64,000 nt of DNA from a virus (IMGVR_UViG_3300031949_000013:30012-94011); one strand, 5' to 3'. Positions 29,428 to 40,285 are shown, numbered from the stretch's first letter. The notes: a model not told the origin generated them from the letters alone. Numbers and translations are program-made.

Positions 29428-31725
29428 TCAAACAAGAGAGCAGACACCACCAGCGCACGCCACCTCGCCCTTCAGGTCCGTGGAGTCGTCATCCTCGATC
29501 AGGGCTGTGTAGTCCACTGGCTTGTAGTTCCGAAGAATGTCGTTCCACCTATGCTCATCCTCGGGAGTGCTGATCTCTTCATTGGGAGCGAAGGCGTAAT
29601 CCTTGTCTCCGGAAGCTGGGAGGAGCGAGACTCCCGTGAAGAACTCACGATTTTGCCAAAGGTACTCCGCCACATCTTCCCACTCTTCGGGTCGAACCTG
29701 AGCCGTGTTCGAGACATTGTGGTTCAAGCCGGGCGAGATCGAGATGTCAGCCGTCCCTGGAAGAACCCAGTTCTGCTGAGTGGACTTGACCATGTCGAGG
29801 AACTCCAGAGCTGAAAGATCCTCTTTGACGGTAGCGCCTGGGGGAGCTTCCACCGGAAACTCGATGACCCACTTCCCGTCGGGCTTCCGAACACACATGT
29901 GCGGATTCACAGCCTTGAACGCTTGAAAAACGGGCTCCAACTCGTCAGCAGTCACGCGACGGATATACCGACGAGCATGATGGGCGTGATGGCCTGAACC
30001 AACACAACCTAACTCCAACGATGTCGTCCCAGAAGGCTTCACACACGTTGTTCGCACGGCCGGATTGATTCCAAGACGCGCTGCATACTCAGCGTTCCAT
30101 TGACGGATCATCCCCGCAACTTGCCTCTGATAATCGGGATGGCAGGCAATGCTGGGGGTATCCAACATACCAGTCATTCCAATGCCAAGAAGCGCTTCCC
30201 TAGCAGCCAAAGTCTCGGAGACCCAGCCCAGATACGGCATCTTCGTGTAGGTTGCCTGAAGTGTACCGATCAATGTCGCTGCTTTGGCTGCCTTGACGAA
30301 ATCTTCAAATGACGTGAACTTGGCAGCATTGATCTCACAGAGGTTGCAGAAGGCCCACCCTGTGAACGTATCACCAACCTCAACCGAGATATCCTGCTTA
30401 CGAAGCTTCTGCTGGGTAGTCTCGTCGATGACCAGCTTTGGATTCAGGCCAATTTCACCGCAGGGATTAGTCCCATAGTCGTGGTCGTTCGTGAAATAGA
30501 ACCCCGGCTCTCCCCACTGTCGAGTCATCGAGAAGAGACGCTTGAATTGCTTCTTCCGAACTTCGTCTCGCTTGAGCACGACCGAGTTGTTGGCGTTCGC
30601 CAACCAAGGCTCGTTCGTGTACCAGTTACCTGTCTTGCAGTACATCATCTCGCTATCGTCGAGCGAAAACAGGGCAATCATGGCCGAGCGACGGATCCCA
30701 CCAGACAGAACCGCATCAGCGGCATGACAAAGGATCCGGTGACACTCGATGGGACGAAGCTTTCGACCCTGAGCCGCTGAGAGAACCCCACGAATACGTT
30801 CCAATGATTCCTTGAGCTTTAAGTGCCCTGGGGCTCTACCTCCGGAGGTCTTGAGGGGAGTCCCGGCTGGACGAATCTTGAAGTAGGACAATTCTAAGTT
30901 TGTTCCGTCCTGATAGCTCCGAAGAAGAGCCTTGAGGGCTTCTCCCCACCCCTCAATGCTGTCCTCCACGATGTGGTGCTCGACTAATTTCGGATCCACG
31001 TAGGCAATGACGGGGAGCTTCTCCACATGGTCGAACTGCACAGAGTAACCTACGCCACAACCGGAGAGCAGAAGGAACAGCGCCTCAGAGAACGCATCGA
31101 AGCGATCAATCAAAGTAAACGAGCAGTTGTAGATTCGATTGTGGTTACTCAGAATAGCTGGTCCGCCAAACTGCATAGACCTCATCGAGGGGAGAACATT
31201 CTTCTCCCGAACCAGGTCAAAGGCTTCTTGAATCTCCGAAGCCATCTCTGGAAACCGACCGAGGTGCATCCCCTCAACCCTCTCAACGGTCTCCGCGTAA
31301 ACCTCACGACGCCTCAGCTCTGGGATATAACGGGCGTACTTGCCCGCATGGATGTAGTCCGCCAGGCCCTTGGAATCTACAGCCTTGGCCCGAATCTGCC
31401 TCAACTCTTGGCGCTGGTGTCGATAGAGGATGTACGCCTTGGCAACAGTGAACTGACCATGCCGCATGAGCGAGGTCTCAACAGCATCTTGCACCGTTTC
31501 GACATCCACAATCTCACCCGAGAGTGAATGCAGCACCGTGCGAACTACCGCTGCTACAACTTGCTCGTCTACCTCACCGACGCTATCAGCCCAAGCCAGG
31601 CTGATAGCCTTGCGTAACTTTCCTGGGTCGAAACCCTGAAGAGTTTTCCCATCACGCTTGCGGGTGTATCTCACACCAGAACCGGCACCATTCGAGGGTA
31701 GGAAGTTGATTACTGCGGCGTCCAT
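29428..31725 (-). CDS. nrdJ: Class II (B12) ribonucleotide reductase with ATP cone
   Basis: ATP cone RKRDG, YNCSF, TNPCGEI, CNLCE, CVKPSGT, C-terminal ACAGGVC; no NrdB in window. Confidence 0.88.
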   Translation of the reverse strand: MDAAVINFLPSNGAGSGVRYTRKRDGKTLQGFDPGKLRKAISLAWADSVGEVDEQVVAAVVRTVLHSLSGEIVDVETVQDAVETSLMRHGQFTVAKAYILYRHQRQELRQIRAKAVDSKGLADYIHAGKYARYIPELRRREVYAETVERVEGMHLGRFPEMASEIQEAFDLVREKNVLPSMRSMQFGGPAILSNHNRIYNCSFTLIDRFDAFSEALFLLLSGCGVGYSVQFDHVEKLPVIAYVDPKLVEHHIVEDSIEGWGEALKALLRSYQDGTNLELSYFKIRPAGTPLKTSGGRAPGHLKLKESLERIRGVLSAAQGRKLRPIECHRILCHAADAVLSGGIRRSAMIALFSLDDSEMMYCKTGNWYTNEPWLANANNSVVLKRDEVRKKQFKRLFSMTRQWGEPGFYFTNDHDYGTNPCGEIGLNPKLVIDETTQQKLRKQDISVEVGDTFTGWAFCNLCEINAAKFTSFEDFVKAAKAATLIGTLQATYTKMPYLGWVSETLAAREALLGIGMTGMLDTPSIACHPDYQRQVAGMIRQWNAEYAARLGINPAVRTTCVKPSGTTSLELGCVGSGHHAHHARRYIRRVTADELEPVFQAFKAVNPHMCVRKPDGKWVIEFPVEAPPGATVKEDLSALEFLDMVKSTQQNWVLPGTADISISPGLNHNVSNTAQVRPEEWEDVAEYLWQNREFFTGVSLLPASGDKDYAFAPNEEISTPEDEHRWNDILRNYKPVDYTALIEDDDSTDLKGEVACAGGVCSLV

Positions 31726-31737
31726 GCAGGAACTCCT

Positions 31738-32718
31738 TCATGATGCGACAGACAAAACGGCAAGCTCAACCAGAGTTCGTTTAGATCTAGCTGGCCCTTT
31801 TACATTTGCATCTAGCCGGCACAAATTGGCCAGGTTGCTCTGAAGGCTCTTGACGTTGTGGCGATTGGACCAGAGCAAGAACGTGTTCTGAAGACGGTAA
31901 ACGTTCATTCCCATCTGGCTAGCAATCTCGTCTTTCGACTTACCTACGTCGAGCAGTGAGCGTGCCATGATGAGACGTTCTACGTGGTGCATAAGAGCAG
32001 AAGCGATAGGCACACTCGCAGCATCTCCCTCATAACGGTAGAGATGTGCAACCAAGTTCATGGCTCGCTTGACGTTTTTCTCACACGCTGCATCTGCCAC
32101 TTCATACGGCGTTGCCGGAGGCTGCGATGCCACCACCCTCTGCACATGCTCAGTGGTCACTGTCCCATGCGGCCCCACTAAGAGGCTAAGCTTCTTGAGT
32201 TCGTTGACTAGCACGTAAAGATCATCACCGACAAACTTGAGCAGCAGGTCATTGATACCTTTACCTAAGATAACTCCGAGAGCTGCGGCTTCCTTGTCCA
32301 AACGATCCTGCTTACCCTTGGTATCCCAGGGCTTGAGCTTGTTGAATGTCTTGGAAGTCCCCTTTGCCGCTGCTTTATGCCAAACTTCTGGGAACTTGAC
32401 TTCGCCCTTCTTGGAAGGGCGGCAGACAGCCAGAAGAATGGACGAGAGATCCTCAGAGGATTTCTCTTCAATGTACTCCTCCAGAGCCCCGGTTTTCTTG
32501 ATGCCTTCGGCGTTGTCCACAATGACCAGACGGGAACGCTCGTCCATGAACGAGTATTCATCACAAGCAGTCACAATCTCAACGCTCTCTAAGCCCTTGC
32601 CCTCCAGAAAAATAACCTGACGGCTCTTGCTCGAACGTGCCTTATCGATTTCGAGGTCGAGGTCAAACTCCTCCGTTCCAGAGCAAATGATGAACGGGGC
32701 CAACCTCGGTTTCGCCAT
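31738..32718 (-). CDS. holA: DNA polymerase III delta subunit-like
   Basis: RLVIVDNA, VGDDLYVLVNELKKLSL, C-terminal D...KG. Confidence 0.8.
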   Translation of the reverse strand: MAKPRLAPFIICSGTEEFDLDLEIDKARSSKSRQVIFLEGKGLESVEIVTACDEYSFMDERSRLVIVDNAEGIKKTGALEEYIEEKSSEDLSSILLAVCRPSKKGEVKFPEVWHKAAAKGTSKTFNKLKPWDTKGKQDRLDKEAAALGVILGKGINDLLLKFVGDDLYVLVNELKKLSLLVGPHGTVTTEHVQRVVASQPPATPYEVADAACEKNVKRAMNLVAHLYRYEGDAASVPIASALMHHVERLIMARSLLDVGKSKDEIASQMGMNVYRLQNTFLLWSNRHNVKSLQSNLANLCRLDANVKGPARSKRTLVELAVLSVAS

Positions 32719-32719
32719 C

Positions 32720-33667
32720 TCAGTCCCTTACACCAAGCAGGGCGGATTTCACGTGCGAAGATAACGTGATTTTGACACCACGATCCAGATGCGTCTGTAC
32801 AACACGCAGTTGCGTGAGCAGCTTGTACGCTCGCTCGGAAGGCCACACTTCTTGCAGCTTCTGGATCTTCTCCTCGATGTCCGTGTTCGTGATCTGGGCC
32901 GGAGCTACGGTGATCATGAGGAGGTCGTGGAGTAGGTGTTCGAGAAAACGAATCCCAAGGGCCAAATCAGCCCCGAGCGCGTCAATGGCTGTGAAAACTG
33001 CTGCGGGACTTTGCAGGAGGTCCGGCTTCAGTAGCTCCAGAACTTGATCTCGTAGCCGCAAGCGGCCTGAGCCCCAGTACCCGATGGCTCGTCCGACGGA
33101 ACCTTCTGCTAGGCGCGTGAGCACAAGAGCTTTTGACGCATCTGTCTCAAACTGCTGGATCCGTGCGAGTATAAAGGCTTCCGGTAGAGCACGGTAACGC
33201 ACGAGTCCGCAGCGACTTCGGATCGTCGGAAGCACAGCGTCGGCGGACTCCGCCAACAAGAAAAAACGTACGACGTCAGGAGGCTCCTCTAGCGTCTTCA
33301 GGAGAGCATTTGCAGCCGCCGTGTTCATACGGTCAGCACCGTCGATCACGACGTACCGAGCCGCTGCGTAGCTTGGGTAGTTGAGCACATCTGCCGTCAG
33401 CTCACGAACCACGTCCACCTTGATGGTGCCATTCTCATCCGGCTGAATCAGCGTTAGATCTGGGTGCATTCCCTGATCAATCTGCCGACCATGGAAGGTG
33501 TCCGTTACGTCCCCCTTGCTGAACGACTCCTGAGCTGCCTGAAGGACGGAGAATTTCTTGCCGATCCCGTCCTTACCTACCAGCAGAAGCGGTGACGTGA
33601 TATGACCATCGACGACCCTACGTAAGAACCGAACGCCTTCAGCTTGACCCTGAACCAGGTTCAACAT
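32720..33667 (-). CDS. holB: DNA polymerase III delta' subunit-like
   Basis: GKDGIGK, HPD, ADRMNTAAANALLKTLEEPP, LPTIRSRC. Confidence 0.9.
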   Translation of the reverse strand: MLNLVQGQAEGVRFLRRVVDGHITSPLLLVGKDGIGKKFSVLQAAQESFSKGDVTDTFHGRQIDQGMHPDLTLIQPDENGTIKVDVVRELTADVLNYPSYAAARYVVIDGADRMNTAAANALLKTLEEPPDVVRFFLLAESADAVLPTIRSRCGLVRYRALPEAFILARIQQFETDASKALVLTRLAEGSVGRAIGYWGSGRLRLRDQVLELLKPDLLQSPAAVFTAIDALGADLALGIRFLEHLLHDLLMITVAPAQITNTDIEEKIQKLQEVWPSERAYKLLTQLRVVQTHLDRGVKITLSSHVKSALLGVRD

Positions 33668-33836
33668 GAGCGTCTAGAAGCCGCTCCTCGGGCTCTGGAT
33701 CGATCGGTTGCAGGTGGAGAACCACATGATATGCCTGGCCACATTTTTCGCAAACCAATCGAGAAGGCTCCTTCCCCGATTTAGCCAAGTGCCCTCTACA
33801 CCGAAGGCACACGAGCATTCCTAAATTGTCGGACAT
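33639..33836 (-). CDS. Small zinc-ribbon protein
   Basis: CLRC...CEKC. Confidence 0.5.
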   Translation of the reverse strand: MSDNLGMLVCLRCRGHLAKSGKEPSRLVCEKCGQAYHVVLHLQPIDPEPEERLLDAHVEPGSGSS

Positions 33837-33838
33837 GC

Positions 33839-34063
33839 TCAATAGTCGAAGTGGCCACCGACAGAAACGCCCCAAGTGTGCCCGCACTTGATACACCGAT
33901 AAAGGCGTTGACCGTGATGCTCTGCTCCACCGGTTCTGATCTCGGCGGCCTCCATAGAGTCACAGCTTCTCGGGCTTCGACACTTCAAGTTGATCGTTTT
34001 CTCCGCTGGAGCAGTCCCAGTCAATCCAGGCTGCGTCCCTCCCGCATCAAATCGTTCGGACAT
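33839..34063 (-). CDS. Small zinc-ribbon protein (TFIIS-C-like pattern)
   Basis: C....C...YRCIKCGHTW. Confidence 0.65.
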   Translation of the reverse strand: MSERFDAGGTQPGLTGTAPAEKTINLKCRSPRSCDSMEAAEIRTGGAEHHGQRLYRCIKCGHTWGVSVGGHFDY

Positions 34064-34073
34064 GATGAACCTT

Positions 34074-35255
34074 TCAAAGTAGAGACCCGCCCCACTTGGT
34101 GTTCAAGTTTACAGCGAGCTGGCTGAATTCAGATCCCAAGAGATGTCTACTGTAAATAAGAATCTCGCAGATCGTTCCCACGAGATGAAAAGTCGGGCCT
34201 CCTGATAACAACCCACTGTACCTCCCGATAGCTCCCATGATCGGGGAAGGGTTGCCCGCGAGCTGGCGAGTAGGATCCCAGCCTTCCTGGCTAAGATCAT
34301 AAGGTTGGGTTGCCGAAATCCCCAGCAGATCGACATCCTGGTTGAGCCCAATTCGAGCCCTAGATCCGCCCGGATTTTGGCTGGATTGTGACCACTGCAA
34401 CAGCTTGAATGTGTTCGGCGAAAGAGCTGGATCATAGGGCGAGATAGCCGCAAGATCCCCAAGCACCCAGGTACTCAGTCTTCCTTTAGGTCCAGGAAGA
34501 GGCGAGATGTGATCGTTCTGCTTGATGTAGCAGTCGAGCCCACTTCCCAGACCTTCGTAGCCGGCAGCAACCAGAAAGCCTCCGATCGTCTGAGTTGGGG
34601 ATTCCTGATACTTCCCGACAACGAGAACAGTCCAGTCCTGCATCGCCTGAAGTGGCAAATCAAGCCACTGGGTACCATCAAAAGTGACCCCCGGAAGATT
34701 GTTCAGAGCGGTAGAGACGAACCCTGGACGAGCCCCGGGGTCCGCCTGGAATGCGTTCTGCCCTCGCACGGTGTCCTTCCAAACGGACACCTTGGAGCTG
34801 GAGAGAGACACCGCAGTGGACCTCGAAGCATCAAACTGAGCAACGAGATCCGGAATGGTGTTCGGTAAGAAACCCTGCTGGACCGTCTGGACGGGATACG
34901 CCTCGGCATCGACAAAAACCAACGACAAAGTCGCCAACGTCCGGTTGTAGAGTGCCGGGTCTCCAAAGTCTTTGCCGACCGGGATCTCCGTGAGGTCATT
35001 CACCGTAGAATTAGGGAGCACCCCCAGTGTTCCGTCTTGGAACAAGCCCAGGATCTTGGACCAGTCTTCCCGGGTCACCAGCACGTCGAAGGCTCTCCCG
35101 TGCAAACGCACGTAAGCTACGTTCTTGGAGACACTTGCATCCACCGTCCCCCAGCCCTTCCAGTAGCCCACAAGGGCCGAGGCAAGATCCGGGATATCCT
35201 GCTGACGGATCCTGCCTGGCCGAATCGTGGCAATCTTCGCTAGCCGGTTGTCCAC
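34074..35255 (-). CDS. LamG/concanavalin-like domain protein, putative virion
   Basis: FDAS...VSVWKD...PGVTFDG...GTICEILIYSRHL. Confidence 0.65.
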   Translation of the reverse strand: MDNRLAKIATIRPGRIRQQDIPDLASALVGYWKGWGTVDASVSKNVAYVRLHGRAFDVLVTREDWSKILGLFQDGTLGVLPNSTVNDLTEIPVGKDFGDPALYNRTLATLSLVFVDAEAYPVQTVQQGFLPNTIPDLVAQFDASRSTAVSLSSSKVSVWKDTVRGQNAFQADPGARPGFVSTALNNLPGVTFDGTQWLDLPLQAMQDWTVLVVGKYQESPTQTIGGFLVAAGYEGLGSGLDCYIKQNDHISPLPGPKGRLSTWVLGDLAAISPYDPALSPNTFKLLQWSQSSQNPGGSRARIGLNQDVDLLGISATQPYDLSQEGWDPTRQLAGNPSPIMGAIGRYSGLLSGGPTFHLVGTICEILIYSRHLLGSEFSQLAVNLNTKWGGSLL

Positions 35256-35280
35256 TGATATGTCCGTGCCACAAGTAGAA

Positions 35281-36930
35281 CTAGACGTGCAGATTTCCGG
35301 GCTTTTCAGCCTTGCTGGGCTTGCGAATGAGCGTCTCCGTCGTGAGCATCGTGCTCACGATCGACACAGCATTCACCAGGGCACACCTCACCACTTTGGT
35401 TGGGTCGATCACTCCGGCATCCAGGAGGTTCTTGATCGTCATGTCCGTGGCATCCACGCCATCAAACTCATCTGCTTCCTTGACCTTCTGAACCCAAACC
35501 GAACCACTCTCACCAGCATTGATTACGATCTGCTTGAGCGGGATCTCGCATGCTTTGAGCACCAAGTTGAATCCGATGATTTCATCGTCCGATGGCGGGG
35601 GCGAGTCGTCTTCCTCTCGCAGGGTAGGGTCTTCGATCAAAACTTGAACTCGCTGGGCAGCCCGGATCAATGTGAGCCCACCACCTGGCACGATCCCCTC
35701 GTCGAGAGAAGCCTTCGTCGCGTACAGTGCGTCTTCCATGCGAGCCTTCAGCTCCTTCATGGCCACCTCGGTCGAAGCCCCAACCTTGATGACGCACACA
35801 CCACCCAGTAACTTCCCGAGCCGCTCACGGAGCTTGTCCATGTCGTACTCCGAAGCAGTCCGCTCCATCTGGCTTCGAATCTGGTTGATCCTCGCCTCGA
35901 TCTCTTCCGGCTCTCCACCACCGTCAACAATGGTGGTCATCTTGGACGTGGACCGAATCCTCCCCGTGGTCCCAAGACATCCTGTCGGGTTGTCTCCGTG
36001 GAAGACCTCGTCGAAAGTCATCCCCTGATCCTTGGAGATCAGGGTCGCGCCCGTGAGGATGGCGATATCCTGGAGATACTCCTTCTGCCTCTCTCCGAAT
36101 CCAGGAGCCTTGATGAGTAAGCTCTTGAGCTTGCCCTGACCGAGGTTTTGGGCAAACAGGGGAAGGGCTTCACCCTCGAAATTCGGAGCGATGATAACCA
36201 GAGGAACATCGTCCTCGACGAGCTTCTCCAGCATCGGGAGTATAGGGCGACAGGCCGAGACCACGTAGTCTGTCACCATGATCGCCGGGTTGTCGTAAAC
36301 TGCCGACATGCTTCCCGGGTCATTGATGAAGACGGGGCTCACGAAACCTTGGTCGAACTGCATCCCGTCCACGGCATCAAGAGTTGTCTCGATACCTCGA
36401 CCTTCCTCAATGTTGACCACCCCATCCTTACCGACCTTGGCAACGGCTTCGGCCACGATCTTGCCGAGGTCTCGATCACCGTTCGCACTAATCGTGGCGA
36501 TGTTCTCGACATCCTCCTGGCTCTTCACAGGGATTGACAAAGCGATCACCTGATCAACCACCCAAGCCACCGCCTTGTCCATGCCCCGCTTGAGGGAGAT
36601 AGGTGCGACTCCAGCCGTGATGTACTTCATCCCCTCGGAAAACATGAATTGGGCCAGGACAGTTGCCGTCGTAGTCCCGTCACCAGCATCGTCACTCGTC
36701 TTGGAAGCAACCTCCCGGACGAGCAAGGCCCCCATGTTCTCCCACGGGTCGGCCAGCTCGATCTCCTTGGCAACACTCACACCGTCCTTGGTGACGACAG
36801 GATCCCCGAAGGTTTTAGCTAAGGCAACATTTCGCCCCCGTGGCCCTAAGGTGACTGCCACGGTCTTAGCGAGCTTGTTCACACCTGCAAGTAACTTGGC
36901 CCGAGCCTTGGATCCATTTTCGATTGGCAT
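35281..36930 (-). CDS. groEL: Chaperonin GroEL
   Basis: VTLGPRGRNV, TKDGVSVAKEI, AGDGTTTATVLA, GVIDPTKV; no GGM tail. Confidence 0.97.
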   Translation of the reverse strand: MPIENGSKARAKLLAGVNKLAKTVAVTLGPRGRNVALAKTFGDPVVTKDGVSVAKEIELADPWENMGALLVREVASKTSDDAGDGTTTATVLAQFMFSEGMKYITAGVAPISLKRGMDKAVAWVVDQVIALSIPVKSQEDVENIATISANGDRDLGKIVAEAVAKVGKDGVVNIEEGRGIETTLDAVDGMQFDQGFVSPVFINDPGSMSAVYDNPAIMVTDYVVSACRPILPMLEKLVEDDVPLVIIAPNFEGEALPLFAQNLGQGKLKSLLIKAPGFGERQKEYLQDIAILTGATLISKDQGMTFDEVFHGDNPTGCLGTTGRIRSTSKMTTIVDGGGEPEEIEARINQIRSQMERTASEYDMDKLRERLGKLLGGVCVIKVGASTEVAMKELKARMEDALYATKASLDEGIVPGGGLTLIRAAQRVQVLIEDPTLREEDDSPPPSDDEIIGFNLVLKACEIPLKQIVINAGESGSVWVQKVKEADEFDGVDATDMTIKNLLDAGVIDPTKVVRCALVNAVSIVSTMLTTETLIRKPSKAEKPGNLHV

Positions 36931-37332
36931 TCAACCCTTCTTTCCGTGATTGTGTTGCCCCTCATACACCATCTGGACCTCCTTAGGATCCAGATCTTCA
37001 GGGTCAGGAATCGACACATGACTCGTCGCAGCTCGGCGAGTCAGATCCTCCCGGGTCACTTCCCGAGAGCGAACCCAGATCGAAGAAGTTGTCGCCGGTT
37101 GAAGGCGTGACCAAAGCCAGCCGTAAGCATCAAGAAGGAGTAGTCTGCGGTCAAACCCCATTTGATCCCACAGGAGCTTCGATGTCTCGCCTTCTCGGAG
37201 GAAGATTTCAGCTTCCCACCAGGTCTCAACGAGCTGGATCTGAAAATCCTCCCCCGGTCGTAAGAGTTGTCGGACATGGACTTTGATCTCCTCGTCCGGG
37301 TAGAGAGCTAGTTCATCGAAGGCGACGGGCAC
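36931..37332 (-). CDS. Hypothetical protein
   Basis: GTG start after AGGGAG RBS. Confidence 0.55.
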   Translation of the reverse strand: MPVAFDELALYPDEEIKVHVRQLLRPGEDFQIQLVETWWEAEIFLREGETSKLLWDQMGFDRRLLLLDAYGWLWSRLQPATTSSIWVRSREVTREDLTRRAATSHVSIPDPEDLDPKEVQMVYEGQHNHGKKG

Positions 37333-37504
37333 GATTCTCCCTACTCCAGCGTTTCGCGCTGGCTGCCCTAAGCTTCTCTCTTGTATCATCCGTAGGTCGA
37401 ATCCCCAGATGACTCGTGGCTATTCGAGCCCGATGCTCAGCGGATTTAGGTTTCTTAGCCATCTCCTCGCGGTCTAGGACTTTTCGGCATTGCGTGGCTG
37501 CCAT
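37313..37504 (-). CDS. NUMOD3-only mini protein (probable homing endonuclease remnant)
   Basis: [15 protein letters not shown] and [13 protein letters not shown] motifs, no catalytic domain. Confidence 0.45.
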   Translation of the reverse strand: MAATQCRKVLDREEMAKKPKSAEHRARIATSHLGIRPTDDTREKLRAASAKRWSRENRARRLR

Positions 37505-38040
37505 TTCAGGATGTTGAGGAACAGCATTCCTTGTTCAACCGCATCATCTACGGCAACGTGGGTATGCCTCGCTTCAGGAAACCATTCTCTAGGCATGTTT
37601 CGTTTCGTGGTTTCTCTGAACCCAGTACCCAGCTTTGCCATTGCAAAGGACTTGATATCCAAAGCTGAGAACGAAAAGGGGGAGCTGCCGAGGAAGCGGA
37701 TCATGTAGTGGTACACGAACATAAAGTCAAATGTTGCCGGATACCCGACGAAGACTGGGGTTCCCCCGAAGGACTTCACCCACTCGACATATTGACGCAT
37801 CGCCATCTCTGACGGCTGGGGGTTCGACCGGCAGGCGTCGTAAACTTCCTTGGACTGCTTCTGCCACCAAGCTTCGGTGTCGGGATCAGGTGAAGCGTCG
37901 GGAAGAGTCTCCAGGTTGACCGAAAAGGTACCAAGCATCTTTCCAGCCTCGTTGAATCCCGCAGCTCCCAGGCTGAGCATCGAATTCGGCCCCGGAATAG
38001 GGCCATCTGTTTCCACGTCTGTACTGATATAGATTTCCAT
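37474..38040 (-). CDS. DEDDh 3'-5' exo(ribo)nuclease
   Basis: [26 protein letters not shown]. Confidence 0.85.
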   Translation of the reverse strand: MEIYISTDVETDGPIPGPNSMLSLGAAGFNEAGKMLGTFSVNLETLPDASPDPDTEAWWQKQSKEVYDACRSNPQPSEMAMRQYVEWVKSFGGTPVFVGYPATFDFMFVYHYMIRFLGSSPFSFSALDIKSFAMAKLGTGFRETTKRNMPREWFPEARHTHVAVDDAVEQGMLFLNILKWQPRNAEKS

Positions 38041-38096
38041 CTTTTCCCTCTTCTTACACCGCTGTTGGTGATGCACTGATAGGCCAAGTTAGGAGA

Positions 38097-39281
38097 ATGA
38101 CCTCGTCAGATCGCTGGAAAACCTCCACCGCCGTCCCCAGGCCCCAAGCTTGGTGGAAGAACGGAGCAGAGGATAGCTGGTGGCAGAAGGGACGATTCCC
38201 GGGTTTTGGCGAGAGATTCGAGGTTGACCCAACTTTCTGGATCGGGATTGCGGGCCTCAAAGAATCCTTCGAAGGTGGGCCTCCTCTCCAGGTTGCTACC
38301 TGGGAAGGAAATCTGGGCGTTCCCCTCCAACAGCTCTTCCAAGCCGTCTCACAGGTTCTTGGGTGTCATCTCGTTCGGATCGTCGATCACGGAAACAACA
38401 ACGGCCACTTCTTGTTTGTCTCCGAGAAATCGATGCTGGACATTCGGCTCTCCGAGAAAGGAGCCTACATCTCAATTAAAGCTGGCTCCTTCGACGAGGA
38501 AGTCACCAAGAAAGCCAGTCAGCTCTTTGGTAGGTGTGTCATTCCAGATGACCCCCGGAAGGGCTTAGTCTTCACACTGATCTCCACAATGAGCGGCTAC
38601 TCGATCTCCAGACTGGGCTTAGCTGGGACCCCCCTGGAGCGAGGGAACTACAATCCAGGGGTCCTCTCGGCCTATGACCATGTGGTGGAAGACCTGAACA
38701 CCGAGAGTCCTTGTGGTCGGCTTACCATCCTCTCAGGTACCCCAGGCACAGGCAAAACATACGTCGTCAGGTCACTCCTGTCGGCTGTGACCAACGCCGC
38801 CTTCATCCTCGTTCCGCCGCATCTCATGAAAGAGCTGAGCGGTCCCGAGATCCTTCCGGCCCTTACCCAAGCCAAGAATGAGTTCAACGGTCCGATCGTC
38901 CTCATCATCGAGGATGCGGATCAGTGCTTGGTCGAACGCAAGGAAGGCGATATGTCGGCGATCTCGTCGATGTTGAACCTCGGAGACGGTATCCTCGGAT
39001 CCATCCTCGATGTTCGCATCCTCGCCACGACCAACGCCAAAACCTTGGAGATGGACGAGGCCACCCGTCGGCCAGGTCGTCTCTGTCGGTACATCCCGAT
39101 TGGTCTTCTGGACAAGGCTTCAGCCGAAGCTGCCTTGTCACGGCTCGTGGGTCGGTCAGTTCCACAACAGCAGGGACAGATGACTCTGGCCGAGGTCTAC
39201 AGTAAAGCTCGGGTTCTCGGTTGGAAGCCACCGCCGAAGGAACCCGAGAAGCCCGCCATGCGGCCTGAAATCCTGTACTGA
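38097..39281 (+). CDS. AAA+ ATPase
   Basis: GTPGTGKT, IIEDAD, ATTN, RRPGR. Confidence 0.85.
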   Translation: MTSSDRWKTSTAVPRPQAWWKNGAEDSWWQKGRFPGFGERFEVDPTFWIGIAGLKESFEGGPPLQVATWEGNLGVPLQQLFQAVSQVLGCHLVRIVDHGNNNGHFLFVSEKSMLDIRLSEKGAYISIKAGSFDEEVTKKASQLFGRCVIPDDPRKGLVFTLISTMSGYSISRLGLAGTPLERGNYNPGVLSAYDHVVEDLNTESPCGRLTILSGTPGTGKTYVVRSLLSAVTNAAFILVPPHLMKELSGPEILPALTQAKNEFNGPIVLIIEDADQCLVERKEGDMSAISSMLNLGDGILGSILDVRILATTNAKTLEMDEATRRPGRLCRYIPIGLLDKASAEAALSRLVGRSVPQQQGQMTLAEVYSKARVLGWKPPPKEPEKPAMRPEILY

Positions 39282-39289
39282 GCTGGAGC

Positions 39290-40285
39290 ATGGATAGCCT
39301 TGCTATCAAAGTAGCCGCCAAGTTCTCTCGCATCCCTGCAACCAAGATTCAGGTCCGGGATGAGGGTGACTTCAAGATGCTTTATCTGCCAAGACACGCA
39401 GCGGTAGTAGAGCCTATAGCGGAAAAAGTACACAGCTCCTTCAAGATGTATCAAGCCGCCGGCATCCCTGTGAAACACAAGCTCGAAGTGGCTCTTCATG
39501 GGAGTGGGGCAGCTCATGCCGATGCTCTCTACGGATGGGGTCAGATCCAGGTTGCCCCAAAAGCATACAACGACGTGAACCTCGTGAAAACGCTCATTCA
39601 CGAGCTGGGCCACTACATGCACGACATGGTTGTGCCATGGGGCTACGGCAACCCGGAAATCATGAGCCGCTATCTGTGGGCTCTGAAGCAAAAAGGTACT
39701 GGAACCGGACCGCGATTGGATGTGATCCGCAAGAGACTTCGGGTCATTGAAGCTCTGCTCCGACAACTGGACGAGCAGAAGTACGTTCTGAAACCTCTAC
39801 CTCGAAAAGGAGAGGTATTCGATTACGGGTATTGGTCAAACGGAGTTCAGCTCCCCCTCAAAGTGAGGATCCTACGAAAGTCTGGTCCCAACGTGACACT
39901 AGAGGTCACAAATCCAGAGGTCATCCCGTTCAACCAATCAGGATACTTCCCGCGAACACAAGGGAAAGTGGTGATCACTGTTTCTGTCAAGTCTCTGTTG
40001 TTCAAAGGAGTTAACACGGAAGTTGAGGGGCGAATTGCGGAACTCAACAAAGAACGTGATGCCCTCTATGCTGAGGGAAAAGCCATTGCTCGGACAGAAC
40101 AGGATGATCGCTACGAGGCCCAGCGACACGAGTGGGCACCGACGCAATACTCCAGGAAAGACGTCAAGGAGTGGTTCGCAGAGCTATGTACCACCTTCGT
40201 CTTAGGCCATCTGAAGAAGCCAGTAGACGATTGGCTTCTGTCCGTGATCAGAACCGGGAAGTCTCCGCCCGGACTAGAACTTTAG
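39290..40285 (+). CDS. Zincin-like metalloprotease domain protein
   Basis: IHELGHYMH and EWFAE. Confidence 0.7.
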   Translation: MDSLAIKVAAKFSRIPATKIQVRDEGDFKMLYLPRHAAVVEPIAEKVHSSFKMYQAAGIPVKHKLEVALHGSGAAHADALYGWGQIQVAPKAYNDVNLVKTLIHELGHYMHDMVVPWGYGNPEIMSRYLWALKQKGTGTGPRLDVIRKRLRVIEALLRQLDEQKYVLKPLPRKGEVFDYGYWSNGVQLPLKVRILRKSGPNVTLEVTNPEVIPFNQSGYFPRTQGKVVITVSVKSLLFKGVNTEVEGRIAELNKERDALYAEGKAIARTEQDDRYEAQRHEWAPTQYSRKDVKEWFAELCTTFVLGHLKKPVDDWLLSVIRTGKSPPGLEL

